Positions 52,463 to 64,000 of a stretch of 64,000 nt of DNA are shown in pieces; positions within the stretch are counted from its first letter, which is position 1; each line of letters starts with the position of its first letter. The notes below the pieces were generated by a model. That model had not been told where the DNA came from. It saw only the letters and a program-made list of their open reading frames with translations, and did no database searches. The stretch lies in assembly GCA_965235115.1 (NCBI GenBank), contig OZ249438.1, positions 25,668,001-25,732,000 of the forward strand. The letters are read 5' to 3'. The translations under genes and the position numbers were made by a program. This DNA comes from Laetmonice hystrix (taxonomy: Eukaryota).

Positions 52463-54608
52463 AGGCAGATGCAGACAATTTTCAGTGAAACGTCAGTCGA
52501 TGAAACGTCAAACGTAACCTGCATGTATGACGACATTCGCCGATGGCAGATATTACAAGCTGTGAAAAATAGATACTTTCCAGGACACACGATCTTTACT
52601 TCTGCTCCTTCCTCTATTTCCGACTTTGTTGTTGTTTTGTGCATAGGCCTATTCCCCGGCTAGTATTAGGTCTAGTGTATGACCTCGACATGAGAGAGAA
52701 ATGTTTTAGATAGGCCTACACAAATGGCCAGTATATCCAGCGGTGACATGAGTGCAAACATCCTGGATCCAGGATGGTCTTCACACATTTGTTATAGACA
52801 CTCGTGTTTGTCCTTGATCTGTGGTCTACTTTCATCATCGCTGATATAAACCGACCTCGGCCAAACCCCGCGCATATAGTCGCATCTGAACGGCTGGGAT
52901 GTGAAGAGGGGGGGGGGGTCATTCTGTTGGTAGGCCCTACAGTGTTTAATCCATAAAGACCGTTAGATTGGACACGACGTTTGACTGTCGGCCATCGGTC
53001 ACTGTCTGATGACGTCACAGTGGTGAAGATGGACATAGCCTTGCTGGCCTTGACCTTGGCCACAGATACATAGTCGATTAGTGGTGGGAGCAGACCGATG
53101 ATAATGTGTGGACAAGAGACACTGTCGAGCGGGCAGCACTGGGCCAGTGAGTGCTGCCATCGGATTATTAGTGAGTGAGACGAAGTGGTGGCGCTCAAGG
53201 AACTCGAGATTGACAAGAGTGTTGGCAGGAGGGGCGGAGGTTGTTAGCAGAAGGTGTTATATCCAGTGTAGGTGATCATGGGACAGGTGTGTGCTCAGAC
53301 CCAGGGACTACACACGCTGTAAGACACCTGAGGTGGGTTGACTTCTGTCAGTGAAACCTGGAGGCAGTAACCATAGTACGGGTGTGACCGCTGTGACAGG
53401 ACGGAGCCATGAGTGTCCGTCGGAGGGATATGACGGTCCGGCGAGGATTCAAACATTGTGTCTTGGATCAGCAGCACGTACACAAAATGAAGATGACTGG
53501 TTTATACTTTAACAAGAACTTTGCACCCGTCAAACGCCGGTTGACCCGCGCTGTAAGTCGCTATGCTATCTTTATTTGTGAAGCGGTTTTGATGTTGGAC
53601 GTGGTCCATTATCCATATCGTGCAGGTAATTTGGTATAACGTAGGCCTTTCAGCAAAGACTAGTTTTTGGCATGAGGGCATCACTAAACTAAAGGGGTGT
53701 GAACAAGTTGTCGAAAGGTTCTGATATTAAAGTCATTGCTCCCTTTTAGTTATGTTTTTCCTAAGCAGAATGAGCCAGATTCGGTTGCGCACGAATCGTG
53801 TCTGAAGTAGTAAGAAATCTGTAGAGTAAATTGACATGATATGTGTAACGATTTGGTCACGCTCTGGATGTTATGGCTGAAACCCTGTCCCAATAGAGGA
53901 ACGAGCAGATGGCACCTTGTAATCCATCTGAACTTCCATGGAGAGCGTGCAGTTTGAACTCCTCGGTCATGTTTTAACTCCCCAGCAAGTTTGGTCGCGT
54001 GTTGCAAATTTACCACGATACATTCTGTATTCGTGTCCTCAACTGTGGAATATGGCTGACCTTTCTTGTTTTGCATGCAGAAATAACATCATTTCAAGTT
54101 CTGGCCAGCTTCTAAATGCGGAAACATAACAATTGCCAAGAAAACATAAAAGTTCCGACCATCCAAAAAGAAATGCGGGAGAAGTTACTAAATCAGTGGC
54201 TTCCAATAAGACCATGTATAGACCCCCCTTCACGTGACATATTTTTTTAAGTGATGAGTAGGGCTAAATAGCACGGTAGCAGGAGTGCCCTGCGTATAGC
54301 TCAGGGGCTGGGGTCCCCTCCTGTTTAGTTGCACGCGATGTGTCTGTTGATAATCCGACAGTAAAAGAATTTTTTAAGTTCGACGTTTCACTCCATGTGA
54401 CATGTGATTTCATGAAATGGCGGCCTTATATTCATTCATATAAGATGGTTCGTCTGTTCTCTTACCGGTCTTTGCTTTGAAGTGAAAACGCTTGGTCGCG
54501 GCCCAACCATGAAGTGCAGTTGCGTCGTCATATTCGGGATATACCGGGTAGGGGCATTAGGTATTTAATTCTTTGGTATAACCACAGGGGCCTCGTCCGT
54601 TCAAGGTC

Positions 54609-54776
54609 CACTGGCGGATCAGGGGGGGGGGGGGGTTCAGGGGATTAGGTGGCCCCCTCAGAGCCACCTAAGCGCCTACTGGACCCCACCCATTAGGGCT
54701 CCCTCCCTTCGCGAGCTCGGCACTCGTCTCTGTAACCCCCCCCCCCCCCCTTGGAAAAAAGCTAGATCCGCCCCTG
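54609..54776. mobile_element. CA(C/G)NGGCGGATC-type MITE
   Basis: CACTGGCGGATC ... GATCCGCCCCTG, poly-G/poly-C interior, AGGTC on both flanks. Confidence 0.65.
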
Positions 54777-57530
54777 AGGTCTATAGACTATGGGCCTCGA
54801 ACAGTTATATTAGCGATGACTCACTTTCCGGTGTTAATAAAGTGCACAGTTGATTATATGGTGTATTTTTGTGCAAACGCCAGGTCCGAGCTGGTGCTTC
54901 CTGATGGCGCAAAACAGGCGGTTTGGGTTGATGTTGAAAACTTTTAACGACTTATCGTCGAGCGGAGCCCACACCTTACAGTTGTCATCATCAACTGTTG
55001 AACATAACTCTACTTCCTGTCTTCAGACACCAGCCATGGTAACTCGACGCTACCACCTTCTGGATCCGCCACTTTTTACTTTTAGGCGTTCCCTTTCTGA
55101 CTCACATCAAGGGTGCCGCGAGTTCTTGTCAATTGGTCCAGGAAAGGGGGGGGGCGGGCAAACCTGAAGGTATAGTGAGTGGAGGGTGGCACTGGAACTG
55201 GGCCTGATTAGTCAATGGTTTAATCATAGTCTCCTATCATCATAGATGGTGTAATGTAGGGCACTAAGCAGTACTGGGAGGTAGAAAAGTGTGGGCGAAC
55301 AGACTTTTAGCAGACTAGAGTCAGACTTCTGACGTATAATTGACGAGGGTGTCGTCTATTCATGAGTCTGGTCGACTTGAGCTGAGGATGGGTGTGTATA
55401 TGAGTCTGTGCCAAGACAACACTGACTGGGAGGTAGGCCCCAGTGATTTGGTACTGACCTACACACTTAATGTGCCACGTAAGGTCCTTGCCACTGCCAC
55501 CCCCACCCCCACAACACACACACATCCAGCAGTCACCCTTGGCACCGACTTTGGCAGCTTGAAGTGATGTTGACCTGATGGGTGCCGTCAAAACGTCATA
55601 ACAAGGGGCCCCTATATCAGGAGCTGTGTTAGCGCTGCCATTAATGAGTGTAAAATTGCAAAAAGAAACAAAAGTTTTATAAACATTCGAATACACCATT
55701 AATCTCCACATAGGGGTGGGGGTATTGTGGTTGTGTATTGTCAAAGGTTAACCTGACGCTTCCCATAAAACAATCAGGCTTTGTTCCCCACGGGGAGGCT
55801 GCTGACACAGGTGAAGCTAATTTTATTGACAATTATACAACACGATTGCACGTCAGATCACAATGTTTTAATCACGAGTCAGTGAAAGGGAGGGTTGATT
55901 GTATAGGCAGGTATAAGCCACTAATTGAAACTAAAGGAGCTGACAATTGTAAAGATGCGTCTGTTAGAAGAAAAAGACTAAACAAATCCCCAAAGTAGAC
56001 GTTGAGTCATGTTACGGTTGATTCACCTCGTGACTGTATTTTTAATCCCTGATTGGATGTACATGTATTCTTGTTTATCGGAGCAGGCGGGTACTACTTG
56101 GTACGTGAAGGTACCAGAGCGTGCTGGTTGGGTGACTGTGACCACTCCAGTGTGACAGAGCCACGCTTTAAACCTGGACTCACGTGGAACATTTTCATAC
56201 CACTGCGAGAGGTTGGGGGCGGAACCATGGATGTTAGCTGGCATATATTAGTATAGTATATATTTTGGCCCAAGTTAGCCAGAGTTTGTTGGATACGATA
56301 GAGACATATTTGGATCTAGCTACACCATCAAGCACCAGGTCAGCCCAGTGTAATTGTGATATTAACTGCTGTTAAGTTCGTCATCGTTGGCAAGCATGCG
56401 TAGAAAGGTACGTGTGCCACCACCTCATTCATCTGAACCTCATCTTAATGTTCCCGTTTGGCGCCTAGTTCAGGCTTGCTCATGTAAGGGAATTAAAACC
56501 ACTTTGAGACTTTTCCGTCCGATTTGCTATAGATATATCAGTCGCAAGGTGATATTACATCATAGAAGAACGTTTGTACGATCCATTTACTACGGGTTAG
56601 GTAACGGTGTTTCCGAAACGCGAAAGTACGTTTGCTACAATTGTTGATAATTTTATATTTGGGGGCCGTGAATGGCTGGGGGCGTGTGAAGCAGCTCATA
56701 CTGGTCCAGTTTACGACCAAATGTTGGTACCACATTTATTATTGGTTGAATGCCTGGCGTTATGGTCTGCGGGCTCACCGTGAGCCAGGGTTTGGCCGGA
56801 AATACCTTTATAAACGTCCCCTACATTGAGGGCAACGTGTAGTCGGATGAAACGATGTAATATAAACAACCACTTTAATAACAGGCATGTAAGGTCTCCC
56901 GCCGGGTAAAACAATTAATAAACCTTCTACTGTGCATGGGGTGATTTGTTATCGTCATATTGGACATTTTACTTTCTATGCGTCCCATATAGATATTCAA
57001 TAATACTTGAGTAAAAGTCCCCTTGCAGATCTGTACTAAGGGAACCATAATAATGCCTATCTCTTGCCAACAGTGAGACAGTATGACATTGAACTGGGGC
57101 CGTTACATTCACATTTCTTGAGTGATGTAACGCTGAAAGTTACATAACCACATAAAACACGCCAAGGGCGACACTGCGATGACAAGATTTTGTGAATGCA
57201 CTGGACAGGTCCTGAATGGTTGAGAGCGAGCCCACCTGACGCTCCGTTTCCCGTTTCGATGAGGTCACTGAGTATACCGTCCCATTCAGCCTCCATGACA
57301 TATTCAGTTATTCTTTGTTACTCCGTGTTGACATCACCTGTGCTGTGAGGATTCAGCCGACTCCTATTGTTTACATCTTGACTAATTTGATGATTTAATG
57401 TCCGGTATTACCAAGTGAACCAATGCGGAAATAACTGAAACCCGTCGGTATTTCCGTTACCGTAATGATTAATCATTAGCCTGAAACGTCGCGCAGCCGT
57501 ATGATGTTGACCACAGGAGTGATAATATTT

Positions 57531-57707
57531 TTTAAAACACAGCTCAGATGGGCGCACTATATTAAAACACAGCTCAGATGGGCGCACTATATTAAAACAC
57601 AGCTCAGATGGGCGCACTATATTAAAACACAGCTCAGATGGGCGCATTATATTAAAACACAGCTCAGATGGGCGCACTATATTAAAACAGCTCAGATGGG
57701 CGCACTA
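57531..57707. repeat. Tandem array, 30-bp unit, 6 copies
   Basis: Unit ATTAAAACACAGCTCAGATGGGCGCACTAT. Confidence 0.95.
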
Positions 57708-57995
57708 CCAACAACGCTTATCAGAAATTTTGAATACGTACAGGGTTAAGTATTAACCTGCACATATTTTACGTTGGAGAACTATAATAAATTAACGTAC
57801 CAACTACAAGTATTAAATTTCTGAGGTTGTTGGTATCATTGCTTATCTTTCGCAGAAGAGCTGTGTCCAGTCAGTGTGTAAAAATATCTTCTGTCCTAGC
57901 ATCTATGTCGTCTGTAAAACTATTAGCACTGGCTAGGATTGCAAGTCAGGGTCTTCTGCTACTGAGCTATTATAGTCGGAAGTAAAAGCAGTACC

Positions 57996-58219
57996 GCATC
58001 AAACTCACAAGTTCATCAGTAGGTTGTGGTTGGCATCAAACTTACAAGTTCATCAGTAGGTTGTGGTTGGCATCAAACTCGCACGTTCATCAGTAGGTTG
58101 TGGTTGGCATCAAACTTACAAGTTCATCAGTAGGTTGTGGTTGGCATCAAACTCACAAGTTCATCAGTAGGTTGTGGTTGGCATCAAACTCACAAGTTCA
58201 TCAGTAGGTTGTGGTTGGC
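57996..58219. repeat. Tandem array, 37-bp unit, 6 copies
   Basis: Unit GCATCAAACTCACAAGTTCATCAGTAGGTTGTGGTTG. Confidence 0.95.
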
Positions 58220-58564
58220 AGCACCTTTGTTGATGTAGTAAATACCGTTGTTTAGGCTATTTTCACGATGTTTGCATTTTTTATCAACATCTATTGGCGT
58301 ACTGAATCAGCTAGAACTTCGGTGAAAATGTTGAAAGGCCATAGGAGGGTGGGGTGGGGGGGGATTTGGGAATTAACGAATAACAATAAAAGTAGCCAAA
58401 TGTGTTAATATTATCATTAAGAATAACCTTGCTAATATAATGCTAACCGTAAGGTCAGTGATTGGTAATTGGTGGTGAGTTACCCACCGGGATATATCTG
58501 TCAGAATTAGTATACAGTTTGCCACATGGCTAGAGATCTAAGTGCGCCATCATGTTGTTTACAG

Positions 58565-58667
58565 CAAAGTTCATGGAGGAAGATCAGGAACATGGTCCAC
58601 TGGTCGCCGTTCATACAACAGTTCAAGAAGCACAAGTACCCATGGGTTCAGCTGGCTGGCCATCAGG
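58565..58667 (+). CDS. ITPK: IP3 3-kinase exon with calmodulin-binding segment and start of kinase domain ([35 protein letters not shown])
   Basis: Acceptor tttacag|, donor CAGG|GTGAGT (phase 1). The translation matches the [13 protein letters not shown] and KKxYPWxQLAGH motifs of metazoan IP3Ks. Confidence 0.95.
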
Positions 58668-60115
58668 GTGAGTACAGTTTGATACTACACCACCTCACCA
58701 ACTCGACCGGAGCCCCGGTTCACTGAGGTCTTATTGAACCAAGTACGGACACTCGGCGGTTGTCCTAGAATAGTTCTGTTACAACGTATTCGGAGTTGTC
58801 ATTACAAGACAGTGAATGACATGATTTACGCGGGGTCACGCACAGGTTAGACCCAGATGCGAGTTACGAACTTTTCAACCGTAATAAATCTTACAGTATC
58901 ATACACGTCAACCTTGCCTTGTGACCGGAATGAAAAAGTAAACCGGAAACTTTGCCTTCATATTCTTGACAACTAGGCTGACCCAGATAATCTGATACAT
59001 GTGTACCGACTTTGAACAGGTTCGGCCCTACATTCCACGCGAGGAAAGAATAGGAATTCAGCTAGTAACTTTTTTCTGAATGTAGTGGTACTGTAATGGT
59101 GTGGTTGACCTGGTCATCAAGCTTTGGCAGAGTGCAGTGAAATGTGGGCCTGGTAAGTGACCTATGGGCAGCCAGCCAGGGATTGTAAGCGGTCAAAAGC
59201 GGCGTGTAGGACTTAGGGCAATGGTGATAGGCCAATTTTATCTCTTTTTTTAGACCATTTAGGTAACATGACGCTAACGAATGACGTAGACAGGAATACG
59301 GTCACGGTCTAAAGGTACGGCTGAAAGCTACGAGACGGGATGGCCTGCACACATAAATCAAAGCCCGTGTCACCATCTCTATACGAATTTTAGGAGAATA
59401 AATTAAACTACAGTTCACGGATATGATCCATGAAAAAATCATCTTCTTCTCAGTAATAGGCTTTTCCAGCGCGGGATCGAATTTCCTGAGAAATAAATGT
59501 AACGCAAGCTTAGAAAGATGTGTTAGTTCCTGGATGGCCCATCTTCCTTGATTCTGGGATGGACGAGAGTTGTATAACGCGGAACCTTGCGATGATTTGT
59601 AGTGTCCTGCAGACAAAGCTCAGGTCATGGAGGTGATAATAAAAACGGTGCAGTAGGTAGTTGTTGGCGGACCGGGAAGATATAGTTGTTGCCGTGCCCA
59701 GTATCCGCCTCCTCCTCGTCCACTGCTCACGTCATAAAGGTGATTACACATGTACTGTGATGAACCACTGCCAGCAGTGATTACTCTAGGTGTTTAATAA
59801 TGGGCTCGCCGAGATGGGCTGACCTCATCTGTATCCTACACCTGTCTTTGTATGTACACGTACCTGTTACCTGTTTGTTGAGTCCTGCTGAGTCGGCTAT
59901 ATAATGCAGTTTAAGTTTGTCAGTTGGGCCATTGAGGGTTTAGTAAAGTCACAAGCTTAAGTCACTTAATTATTCTCGGCAATCTAAAACAACTGCACTT
60001 TTAATTTCATTGGATCTACCTGACATCAGTCTGGACTATTTTTAGCGAAGTTAAAAAAACAGCATTGAAAATGCGCCATGAATGTTTTATCATTTTTCTT
60101 TTGGTCCATTTGTAG

Positions 60116-60256
60116 GTAACTTCCGTGCCGGAGATTCTGGAACCATTCTAAAGAAGCTATGTCCTAAGGAGCACAAGTGTTTACAAAAATTGATGACAGA
60201 CATCCTACGGCCCTACGTCCCAGAGTACAAGGGTGATGTCGAAAAAGATGGAGAAA
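60116..60256 (+). CDS. ITPK: IP3 3-kinase catalytic domain exon (GNFRAGDSGTILKKLCPKEHKCLQKLMTDILRPYVPEYKGDVEKDGE)
   Basis: Acceptor tttgtag|, phase 1 in and out. Matches ILKK...E..CL..LM.D.LRP.VP.Y.G.V.KDGE of ITPKA/B/C. Confidence 0.96.
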
Positions 60257-60433
60257 GTATCCTTATAACTGTTTGTATCGCCGGAGGTTGCTATGAATTG
60301 CAGGATTTTAAATGTCGAATATCTAAAACATTGTAAAAATAACATCGTTTACGTCTTCTCATAAATGGTTTTACACGTTAAAAAGTAAAGCGTTAAGTGA
60401 CCAAGGATGCAGGTGCCTTAACCGAGTGTTCAG
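60257..60433 (+). other. Putative U12-type (minor spliceosome) GT-AG intron in IP3K
   Basis: 5' site GTATCCTT, branch-like CCTTAAC at 60416-60422 about 12 nt before the AG, and no polypyrimidine tract. Confidence 0.85.
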
Positions 60434-60561
60434 AGTACATCCAGATGCAGGACCTATTATGTGAGTTTGAAACGCCCTCTGTCATGGACTGTAAGATTGG
60501 CATCCGGACTTATCTTGAGGAAGAGCTGGAGAAGGCTCGCCAAAACCCCAAACTACGCACG
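60434..60561 (+). CDS. ITPK: IP3 3-kinase catalytic exon with the inositol-phosphate-kinase PxxxDxKxG motif ([43 protein letters not shown])
   Basis: Acceptor ttcag|, donor ACG|GTCAGT (phase 0). The PSVMDCKIG and RTYLEEEL motifs are diagnostic. Confidence 0.97.
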
Positions 60562-61012
60562 GTCAGTCTGAAACTTCAATACTTAAAGCTACGAATCAAA
60601 TCTGTGTTAATATATCGCTCTACTTCAACTCAAATCGACCCAGGAATACGGCACATGAGGATTAACATAAACCGTTATTTTAGGGCATGCCTCAACTATG
60701 TCGGGTCAGTGAACAAATAAACGGCTATTTTATAGTGAGCTTGAAGGTGGTCCCGTCATTAACACAGATAAGCAGCTATTTTAAACCAGATTTAGACCCT
60801 AAACTCTGATCGTTCAAATCCTCTGAGAGCGCCATAACGGACACTTGAGGCTCAATCTCACGCACTATTTGGCAAGCCATTCTTTTTGATTTCAGAATCA
60901 AGTAATTTTTCTATTTCACGAAACATTTGAGCGCCTCTAATTCAGTATTAGCAGATTTAATAGTCTTTATTGTAGTGGAGATCTCCATTGTAGCAAGTCC
61001 GTTACATAAACG

Positions 61013-61258
61013 TACCCAATATGTTTACCCCTAGAGATCTATACCTAGCTCTAACCCTAACCCTACCCCCAACTCCCCAAACGTACCCAGTATGTTTACC
61101 CCTATACTTAACCCTAACCCTACCTCCATGGTCATGTTACAATGATGACGATCTATACCTAGCTCTAACCCTAACCCTACCCCCAACTCCCCAAACGTAC
61201 CCAGTATGTTTACCCCTATACCTAACCCTACCTCAATGGTCATGTTACAATGATGACG
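61013..61258. repeat. ~114-bp tandem duplication containing CTAACCCTAACCC telomere-like motifs (intronic)
   Basis: GATCTATACCTAGCTCTAACCCTAACCCTACC at 61036 and 61150. Confidence 0.85.
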
Positions 61259-61337
61259 AATGACCCATTTCCACCATAGCCTGCCGTATGATAGTGTGAG
61301 AAGAAACTGATGATGGTAGGTTTGCTGTTTGTTGTAG

Positions 61338-61487
61338 GATATGTACAAGAAGATGATGGAAATTGACCCCACTGAACCGACTGAGGAGGAACACAGACAG
61401 GAGGCCATCACGAAACCCCGATACATGCAATGGAGGGAAACAATTTCGTCGACGGCCACCTTAGGATTCCGCATAGAAGGAATCAAG
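61338..61487 (+). CDS. ITPK: IP3 3-kinase exon, IP-binding lobe ([50 protein letters not shown])
   Basis: Acceptor gttgtag|, donor AAG|GTAATT, 150 nt phase 0-0. [26 protein letters not shown] is highly conserved in IP3Ks. Absent from the ORF track because it is short. Confidence 0.97.
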
Positions 61488-62797
61488 GTAATTAACCATC
61501 GTCTGGTCTAACCTGCCATCAAAGGGATACCTGCCATTTAACAGATTCAAATACCATAAAATACCATGATATAAAAAACAAATTCACAGTTCTCATTCTA
61601 GTAGTCGCTCATTAAATGGTCAGAACAGGTAATGCCATCTATAGAATGAAATGCAGACCTGAGCTGCTTATTTGCGAATTACCAGAAATAATCATCCTGA
61701 CGAATCCCTAATTTGGGTTAATTAATTTTTATTGTTTTTAATTAAAGTTGCCCAAAAATCGTCAGCCTGTAAGTATTGCCCCTCTGAGTACTCGCTGCTT
61801 AAGTGTAGTTATGGGGTCAAAGGTCATAAGGGTTCTGTCACACTGAATAGTGGTACCCATTCTAATGCTTGCTTCTAGCTATTAAAATGCACACCATGTT
61901 GTGTGCACCGCTTGTAGGCAAGGGGTACTTTGCTTTGGCACAATGTATCTATACAGGTAAATGTATGTAAACAGGCATAGTGAAGTAAGGTACGCATACA
62001 TCCATACATACACGCATTCTCTGTACACTGGTTTATGAGGAGTGAATCTTCGGCTATAGAGCAGGATATGATCGAGAAAAATCCAGGGATAAATAATTGT
62101 TGTTGATGACGTAATGACTACTCTAAACTATGTTTGTAAAGAGATTTTACGTACCTGGGTATATAATGTGCTCGTTGGAGGCCGAGTCAGACTACGGTGT
62201 ATTTAGCAGATACTTTTTTGAACTAACTGAGGTCCCAGGGTGTTCTCCACGTCCATACTGGATGGAGGAACAATATAACAAGGTCAGGTACGATTGACAG
62301 CCTTAGACAGTATGACACTGCTTGCTTACGTATGAACTGCTTGGTTACCGGTACTTGCCAACAGCTTGAAACAAGTGCAGAAGGAAAGTAGGAAGACGGT
62401 ATAAGTGATGTGAAAGGTGCATAATATATTCTACTATGCCAGGAAACGTATTATGAAGGGATGAGAATTATAGTAACTCAGGTTGCAGCAGTTTGCTGCA
62501 CTTGTGTGCAGCTACCGAAACTTATTTGATAACATCCAGACTCGTAATTTCTTGGTCAAAATTATTCAGTACGCCAAAAATAACTGGTTTTCAGCCTGTT
62601 TGGGGGGTTGTCTGTGAAGAACATGGCCTCGGATGACAAAAATGCCAGATTTTAGAATAAACATGGGGCAATGATTCATTATTTTGAAAAGAATGAAATA
62701 AATGCCTGTTGGTTATTGTAGCGTAACCTGGTTAAGTACTAAATATCTTTTCTTATGTTGTATTTAATTGAAATGCCGATTACCTTATATTTATCAG

Positions 62798-62896
62798 AAA
62801 AATGATAGCCATACCACGGACTTCAAGACGACAAGGTCGCGGGAACAAGTGAAGCAAGCCTTTAGAACGTTTTCAGAAGCAGACACATCCATTGAG
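62798..62896 (+). CDS. ITPK: IP3 3-kinase exon (KNDSHTTDFKTTRSREQVKQAFRTFSEADTSIE); gene continues past the window end
   Basis: Acceptor ttatcag|, donor GAG|GTCAGT, 99 nt phase 0-0. Matches DFKxTxxREQVxxAF. The C-terminal SSLLF/MIDFG exon is not seen in the window. Confidence 0.93.
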
Positions 62897-63403
62897 GTCA
62901 GTCAGTCAACTCTAGTAGCTAGTCATCTTAATCCATTTAACTCTCATTAATAGACGAGCAATAATAGGATGATATCCACAAAAGAAATCCAATTTTTTGT
63001 TCAAGAAAGGGTCCAGAAGTAATCCATATCTAGCATGAGAAGTCGCCCATTTTCTATATTCAATCAATAAAGCACAGTTCCAGTATGTACGCGGTATGCC
63101 TACGTATATTTTACGCTCCACTATTTCTTTATGTAAGAGAACACGTACTATCGCACGCCAAACTTGAAAATATTCAAGACTCGAAAATATTTTTCAAGAA
63201 GTAAAATTTTTACAAAACATTTACAAAATGTATTCAAGATATTCAAAATATATATTCAAGATTTGTATTTACTATTCAAGATTTTCAAAATGCATTCAAA
63301 GTTACAAATTATCTGATTCTTGAATATGAAAAATAATCTTGAATATGAAAAAAATTGTTGAATATCAAGCTTTTAATACAAATTTATATTTCACACACGC
63401 TTA

Positions 63404-63743
63404 AAATGTCGGGGGGGGGGGGGAGGGGGGGAAAATCGTCCCTGCCAAATAGGCAATGGCCTACCTTATTTTGTGTTCTAAAATGCAGGGTTCTCCCAGG
63501 GCCCCATGTGGCCCCTAGGGAATAAATCGGGCGATTTATTCCCAAGGGACCCATCGGGATCGTTTCCCGTCCGATCTATTCCCTATGGGCCACGTGGGGG
63601 TCCGGGGAGTAGGGCCTGTTGGCCGTGAGCCATTTGGGCAAGAGTGTCTCCTGTGGGAGAACCCTGCATTTTAGAGCACAAAATGAAGTAGGCCTATCCC
63701 TATTTGGCAGGGACGTTCTTTTCTCTCCTCTCCCCCGACATTT
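63404..63743. mobile_element. Fold-back MITE
   Basis: AAATGTCGGGGG...CGTCCCTGCCAAATAGG...AAAATGCAGGGTTCTCCCA is mirrored by TGGGAGAACCCTGCATTTT...CCTATTTGGCAGGGACG...CCCCCGACATTT. Confidence 0.8.
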
Positions 63744-64000
63744 GAAAGTTGGTGGTGGGGGGGATATGCCCTCCCTGGACCCCCTTTGTGTCAGGCCCCT
63801 GTAGGGCCACGTGATGTTTTCGGGTTTGGCGTGCCATAATGTGCCCTCCGACAGAGTATGGGTTTAATGTGTGTCTGATGTCATACCGGAGTATAGAGCT
63901 TGGTTGAATGGATGCAGATAGCCATCAAATATTTCAGGCCAAGTACCTGAGACGATTAAAAGCAATCCGGGCGACACTGGAATCCTCTACACTCTTTGCT

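Noticed and set aside
51726-58219. 30-, 37- and 49-bp arrays as CRISPR arrays
   Set aside because: The units abut directly with no unique spacers, there are no cas genes, and the context is a eukaryotic intron.
58526-60720. ORF-track starts and ends for the IP3K pieces (58526, 60082, 60397 etc.)
   Set aside because: They run into intron sequence. The real boundaries are the splice sites given in the features.

Overview
This is animal (eukaryotic) genomic DNA, probably from a marine invertebrate. The SINE fragment resembles mollusc-type SINEs, but the species cannot be determined. The bacterial-style ORF track is mostly noise here. The one securely identifiable gene is a + strand inositol 1,4,5-trisphosphate 3-kinase (IP3K/ITPK family, with the calmodulin-binding segment). 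Five conserved exons at 58565-62896 splice in frame, and the last exon(s) lie beyond the window. A likely first coding exon at 24129-24395 is separated from them by a ~34 kb intron. Two more candidate alternative first exons lie at 16161-16277 and 23502-23588. One IP3K intron (60257-60433) has the hallmarks of a U12 (minor spliceosome) intron. The rest is intronic/intergenic DNA with many tandem arrays (30-112 bp units), fold-back MITEs, a well-structured Helentron/HINE-like element with amplified ends and a SINE fragment. There may also be a spliced gene on the - strand (about 12.3-14.1 kb), head-to-head with IP3K. I found no CRISPR array, no rRNA/tRNA gene and no intact autonomous transposon, and I cannot support a claim of a wholly new biological system.
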